Part shown: positions 60,121-64,000 of the stretch, piece after piece
Position numbering within the stretch: the first letter of the stretch is position 1
Layout of the letters: every line of letters begins with the position of its first letter
Assembly (NCBI GenBank): GCA_965202805.1
Contig: OZ241869.1
Location: 2,368,001 to 2,432,000 of the forward strand
Reading direction: 5' to 3'
DNA length: 64,000 nucleotides
Source of the DNA: Longimicrobiales bacterium
GTDB lineage: Bacteria > Gemmatimonadota > Gemmatimonadetes > Longimicrobiales > Gaopeijiaceae
Notes under the pieces: model-generated
Database searches by the model: none
Told to the model about the DNA's origin: nothing
The model's input: only the letters and a program-made list of their open reading frames with translations
Translations under genes and position numbers: made by a program

Positions 60121-60915
60121 CTAGCCGCAGGCCTCCACGGCCCGCTTCGCCATCACCGTGACCAGATGGGCCCGGTATTCGGCGCCCGCCACGTTGTCGG
60201 ACAGGAGCCCGTCCGAAGACACGCCGATGCCCGCGACCGCATCGGCCGAGAAGTCGTCCGCCAGCGCGGCTTCCATCTCCGCCACCCGGAAGACGCCCGC
60301 GCCCGCGCCGGTCACCGCGACCCGCACGCCATCGGAGTCCCGGGCCACCATGACCCCGGCCACCGCGTACTTCGACGCCGGGTTCTCGAATTTCGCGTAG
60401 GCGGCCCGGTCCACGATCGGGAAGCACACGGCCGTGACCAGCTCATCCTCCTCCAGCGGGGTCTCGAACATCGACCCGAAGAAGTCGTCCGACGAGATCT
60501 TGCGCCGGTCCGTGATGATGGTCGCCCCCAGCCCGACGCACGCCGCCGGATAGTCGGCCGCGGGATCGTTGTGGGCCACCGAGCCACCGATGGTGCCGCG
60601 GTTGCGCACCTGGGGATCGCCGATGCGGCCGGCCATCGCCGCCAGCGCCGGGATGCGCTCCTGCACCACGCTCGATGCCGCCACCTGCGCGTGCGTGCAG
60701 CAGGCTCCGATCTTCAGGCAGTGCCCGTGATCCTCGATGTCGCTCAGTCCCGGCACGTTGCGCAGCGACACCAGGTCGCTCGGGGCCGCCATGGCCAGCT
60801 TCATGACCGGCAACAGGCTCATGCCCCCCGCGAGCACCTTGCCGTCGTCCGCGCCCCTGAGGGCGCTCAGGACACCGTCAACCGAAGACGGTGCGTGATA
60901 TTGGAAATCGTCCAC
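60121..60915 (-). CDS. coxM: FAD-binding medium subunit (CoxM/CutM)
   Basis: LAGGMSLLPVMK; IGDPQVRNRGTIGGS.AHNDPAADYP. Confidence 0.93.
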   Translation of the reverse strand: MDDFQYHAPSSVDGVLSALRGADDGKVLAGGMSLLPVMKLAMAAPSDLVSLRNVPGLSDIEDHGHCLKIGACCTHAQVAASSVVQERIPALAAMAGRIGDPQVRNRGTIGGSVAHNDPAADYPAACVGLGATIITDRRKISSDDFFGSMFETPLEEDELVTAVCFPIVDRAAYAKFENPASKYAVAGVMVARDSDGVRVAVTGAGAGVFRVAEMEAALADDFSADAVAGIGVSSDGLLSDNVAGAEYRAHLVTVMAKRAVEACG

Positions 60916-60927
60916 TGTCGCCTCCGG

Positions 60928-63303
60928 TCAGTCCTGGGCCTGTGCGGCCTGAATCGCTTGCCAAACCCGCTCCGAAGTGGCGGGCATCTCCATGTGGGTC
61001 ACCCCCAGCGGGCTCAGCGCGTCGACCACCGCGTTGATCACCGCGGGCGGAACGCCGATGGAGCCGACCTCGCCGACTCCCTTCACGCCCAGGGGGTTGT
61101 GGGTGCAATGGGTCGTGTTGTGGTTGATGTTGAAGTTGGGCAGGTCGCCCGCACGCGGCATGGTGTAGTTCATGTACGAACCGGTCACCAGCTGACCTTC
61201 CGCGTCGTACTCGCAGTGCTCGAGCAGCGCCTGTCCGATGCCGTGGGCGAGGCCGCCGTGCAGCTGCCCGTTGACGATCATGGGGTTGATGATGCGCCCC
61301 ACGTCGTCGGCGCCGGTCACGCTCACCAGCTCCACCACGCCCGTCTCCGGGTCCACCTCCACCTCGGCGATGTGGGTGCCGGCGGGGAAGGTGAAGTTGA
61401 GCGGGTCGTAGAACGCGGTCTCCTCGAGTCCGGGCTCGAGGCCCTCGGGATAGTTGTGGGGCACGTAGGCCGTCAGCGCGACTTCGCCGATGCTCTTGGA
61501 GCGGTCCGTCCCGGCCACGGTGAAGTTGCCGTCGGCGAACTCGATGTCTTCCTCGGACGCTTCCAACAGATGGGCGGCGATCTTCCTGCCCTTGGCGATG
61601 ACCTTCTGCACCGCGTTGTAGATGGCGGTGCCGCCCACCGCCAGCGAGCGCGACCCGTAGGTGCCCATGCCGAAGGGGATGGCGTTGGTGTCGCCGTGCA
61701 CCACGTCGACGGCCTCGAAGTCCACCCCCAGCGTCTCGGCGACGATCTGGGCGAAGGTGGTCTCATGGCCCTGGCCGTGGCTGTGCGTGCCGGTGAAGAC
61801 CGACACCGAGCCCGTGGGGTGCACGCGCACGCTGCCTACCTCGTACAGCCCGGCGCGCGCGCCCAGCGACCCCACCACCGCCGAGGGCGCGATGCCGCAC
61901 GCCTCGATGAAGGTGGAGATGCCGATGCCCCGCAGCTTCCCGCGGCTGGCCGCCTCGTTCCGGCGCGCCTCGAAGCCGTCCCAGTCCGACGCCTCGAGCG
62001 CCAGGTCGAGGGTGGCGTCGTAGTCGCCCTGGTCGTACTGGAGCGCGACCGGGGTCTGGTAGGGGAACTCGCGGATGAAGTTGCGGCGCCGGATGTCGAC
62101 CCGGTCGATGCCGGTCGCGGCCGCGGCCTTGTCGACCAGGCGCTCGAGCAGGTAGGTGGCCTCGGGCCGCCCCGCCCCCCTCAGCGCGTCGACCGGCACG
62201 GTGTTCGTGAACACCCCCTCGACCTCCACGTAGATGGCGGGGGTCGTGTAGGGCCCCGCGAACAGGATGCCGTACAGGTAGGTGGGCACGCAGGTCGCGA
62301 AGGTGGACAGGTACGCGCCCAGGTTGGCCTGGGTGGAGACCTTCAGCCCGACGAACTTGCCGTCCTCGTCGAGGCCCAGCGTGGCCGTGCTGATGTGGTC
62401 GCGGCCCTGGGTGTCGGAAACGAACGCCTCCGAGCGGTCCGAGGTCCACTTCACCGGCCTGGCCAGCCGGCCCGCGGTCCAGGTGAGGACCGCCTCTTCC
62501 GCGTAGTGCGGGATCTTCGACCCGAAGCCGCCCCCGACGTCGGGCGCCACGATGCGCAGCTTGTGCTCGGGCAGACCGAGCACGAAGGCGCCCAGCAGCA
62601 GCCGGATGAGGTGCGGGTTCTGGCTGGTGGTGTAGAGGGTGTACTCGCCCGTCGTCGGGTCGAAGTTGCCGATGGCGGCGCGCGGCTCGATCGCGTTGGG
62701 GACCAGCCGCTGGTTCACGACGTCGATGGAGACCACGTGGGCGGCGCCGTCGATGGCCGCCTCCGCGGCCGCCCGGTCCCCCACCTCCCAGTCGTAGCAC
62801 AGGTTGCCGTCGGCCTCGTCCCACACCAGCGGCGCGCCGTCCGCGCGGGCGGCGTCCAGCGAGGCGGCGGCGGGCAGCTCCTGGTAGTCGATGTCGATCA
62901 GGGCCGCCGCCTCGCGCGCCTGGTCGCGGGTCTCGGCGACCACGATGGCCACGATCTCGCCCACGTGGCGCACCTTGCCGATGGCCATCGCCGGGTGCGC
63001 CGGCTCCACCATGGGCGAGCCGTCCTTCGAGTGGATCAGCCACCCGGTCGGGACGCCGCCCACCCCCTCCATGTCGGGTCCGGTGAACACGGCGTGCACG
63101 CCCGGCGCCGCCTCCGCCGCGCTGGTGTCGACGCTCCCCAGGTTGGCGTGCGCGACCGTCGAGCGCAGCAGGTGGGCGTACAGCTGCCCGGGCAGGTTGA
63201 TGTCGTCGGTGTAGCGTCCGCGCCCCGTCAGGAAGCGGGCGTCCTCCTTGCGCTTCAGGCTCGCGCCGATGAAGCCGGTTCCGTTGCTTCCGTTGTCGCT
63301 CAT
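60928..63303 (-). CDS. coxL: Molybdopterin large subunit, form II CoxL-like
   Basis: [25 protein letters not shown]; active-site loop [23 protein letters not shown]. Confidence 0.92.
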   Translation of the reverse strand: MSDNGSNGTGFIGASLKRKEDARFLTGRGRYTDDINLPGQLYAHLLRSTVAHANLGSVDTSAAEAAPGVHAVFTGPDMEGVGGVPTGWLIHSKDGSPMVEPAHPAMAIGKVRHVGEIVAIVVAETRDQAREAAALIDIDYQELPAAASLDAARADGAPLVWDEADGNLCYDWEVGDRAAAEAAIDGAAHVVSIDVVNQRLVPNAIEPRAAIGNFDPTTGEYTLYTTSQNPHLIRLLLGAFVLGLPEHKLRIVAPDVGGGFGSKIPHYAEEAVLTWTAGRLARPVKWTSDRSEAFVSDTQGRDHISTATLGLDEDGKFVGLKVSTQANLGAYLSTFATCVPTYLYGILFAGPYTTPAIYVEVEGVFTNTVPVDALRGAGRPEATYLLERLVDKAAAATGIDRVDIRRRNFIREFPYQTPVALQYDQGDYDATLDLALEASDWDGFEARRNEAASRGKLRGIGISTFIEACGIAPSAVVGSLGARAGLYEVGSVRVHPTGSVSVFTGTHSHGQGHETTFAQIVAETLGVDFEAVDVVHGDTNAIPFGMGTYGSRSLAVGGTAIYNAVQKVIAKGRKIAAHLLEASEEDIEFADGNFTVAGTDRSKSIGEVALTAYVPHNYPEGLEPGLEETAFYDPLNFTFPAGTHIAEVEVDPETGVVELVSVTGADDVGRIINPMIVNGQLHGGLAHGIGQALLEHCEYDAEGQLVTGSYMNYTMPRAGDLPNFNINHNTTHCTHNPLGVKGVGEVGSIGVPPAVINAVVDALSPLGVTHMEMPATSERVWQAIQAAQAQD

Positions 63304-63773
63304 GACCCACCTCCCATCGCGCTCGCGCCGGCCAGGACCGACTTCACGATGTTGTGGTAGCCGGTGCACCGGCAGAAGTTGCCGTCGAGCCAGTGCCGGA
63401 CGTCGCCTTCGCTCGGGTCCGGGTTGTTGTTCACCAGGTCGATCGCGCTCATCACCATCCCGGGCGTGCAGAACCCGCACTGCAGCCCGTGGTGCTCGCG
63501 GAAGGCCTCCTGCATCGGGTGCAGATCCGCCCCGTTGGCGAGCCCTTCGATCGTGGTCACCTCCGCCCCGTCGGCGTCCACCGCGAGAGCGGTACAGCTC
63601 TTCACCGACTGGCCGTTCATGTGAACGACGCAGGCCCCGCACTGGCTGGTGTCGCACCCCACGTGGGTCCCGGTCAGCTGCAGCTTTTCGCGCAGAAAGT
63701 CGACCAGGAGGGTGCGGCCCTCGACCTCAGCCGAGCGCGAGGCCCCGTTTACCGTCATCGTTACCGCGGGCAT
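63300..63773 (-). CDS. coxS: (2Fe-2S) small subunit (CoxS/CutS)
   Basis: [10 protein letters not shown]...[17 protein letters not shown]. Confidence 0.95.
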   Translation of the reverse strand: MPAVTMTVNGASRSAEVEGRTLLVDFLREKLQLTGTHVGCDTSQCGACVVHMNGQSVKSCTALAVDADGAEVTTIEGLANGADLHPMQEAFREHHGLQCGFCTPGMVMSAIDLVNNNPDPSEGDVRHWLDGNFCRCTGYHNIVKSVLAGASAMGGGS

Positions 63774-64000
63774 CGAACCTCCTTGCCGGATGGGAGGGTT
63801 GCATTGGAACCAACAGGCTTCTCCAGCCGATGTTACGTCGGATGTCGAGGATGGCGCAAACTCTGATCGAGTCCGCCGGCGATCTTCCCCCGCACCAGCC
63901 GACGATCTTCCTCCGCAACCGCTGGCAACCGCGGCTCGCACCTGTCGATGATCTTTGTTCGAGGCCGGCCCCTGCCTACCTTGGCGGGGACATCCCAGCA

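Noticed and set aside
60928..63303. True (form I) aerobic CO dehydrogenase
   Set aside because: It lacks AYXCSFR, and the S-L-M gene order is that of form II.

Overview
GC-rich bacterial window. The gene mix (VPS10/BNR proteins, 6-bladed propellers, CRTAC1/FG-GAP and NHL proteins, DUF1640 coiled coils, form II cox genes, many TA modules) resembles Gemmatimonadota, possibly a marine or sponge symbiont; this is inference. Bases ~1.7-17.5 kb form a defence/TA island. It holds a class II Fic gene with an operator-like array, a translationally coupled PLD / DUF429-HIT fusion / HNH operon that I cannot match to a named system, a macro-domain gene, HigA and Phd-PIN, several decayed antitoxin and IetA-like fragments, and a lower-GC 2004-aa nuclease-STAND ATPase (Avs-like). 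The rest is metabolic and cell-envelope DNA: two VPS10 glycosyl-hydrolase-like genes, an IorAB-type molybdoenzyme, two repeat-variable DUF1640 cassettes, nitrilase, ALDH7, creatininase, qor, a four-gene mosaic array of secreted CarbopepD_reg/plug-like proteins with a Cys-bounded variable loop, a moxR-DUF58-batABCDE operon, split xdhC, vapBC, and coxSLM-coxD...coxE interleaved with envelope genes. No rRNA, tRNA, CRISPR array, integrase, transposase or reverse transcriptase was recognised. All family calls come from motif recognition by eye, not database searches.
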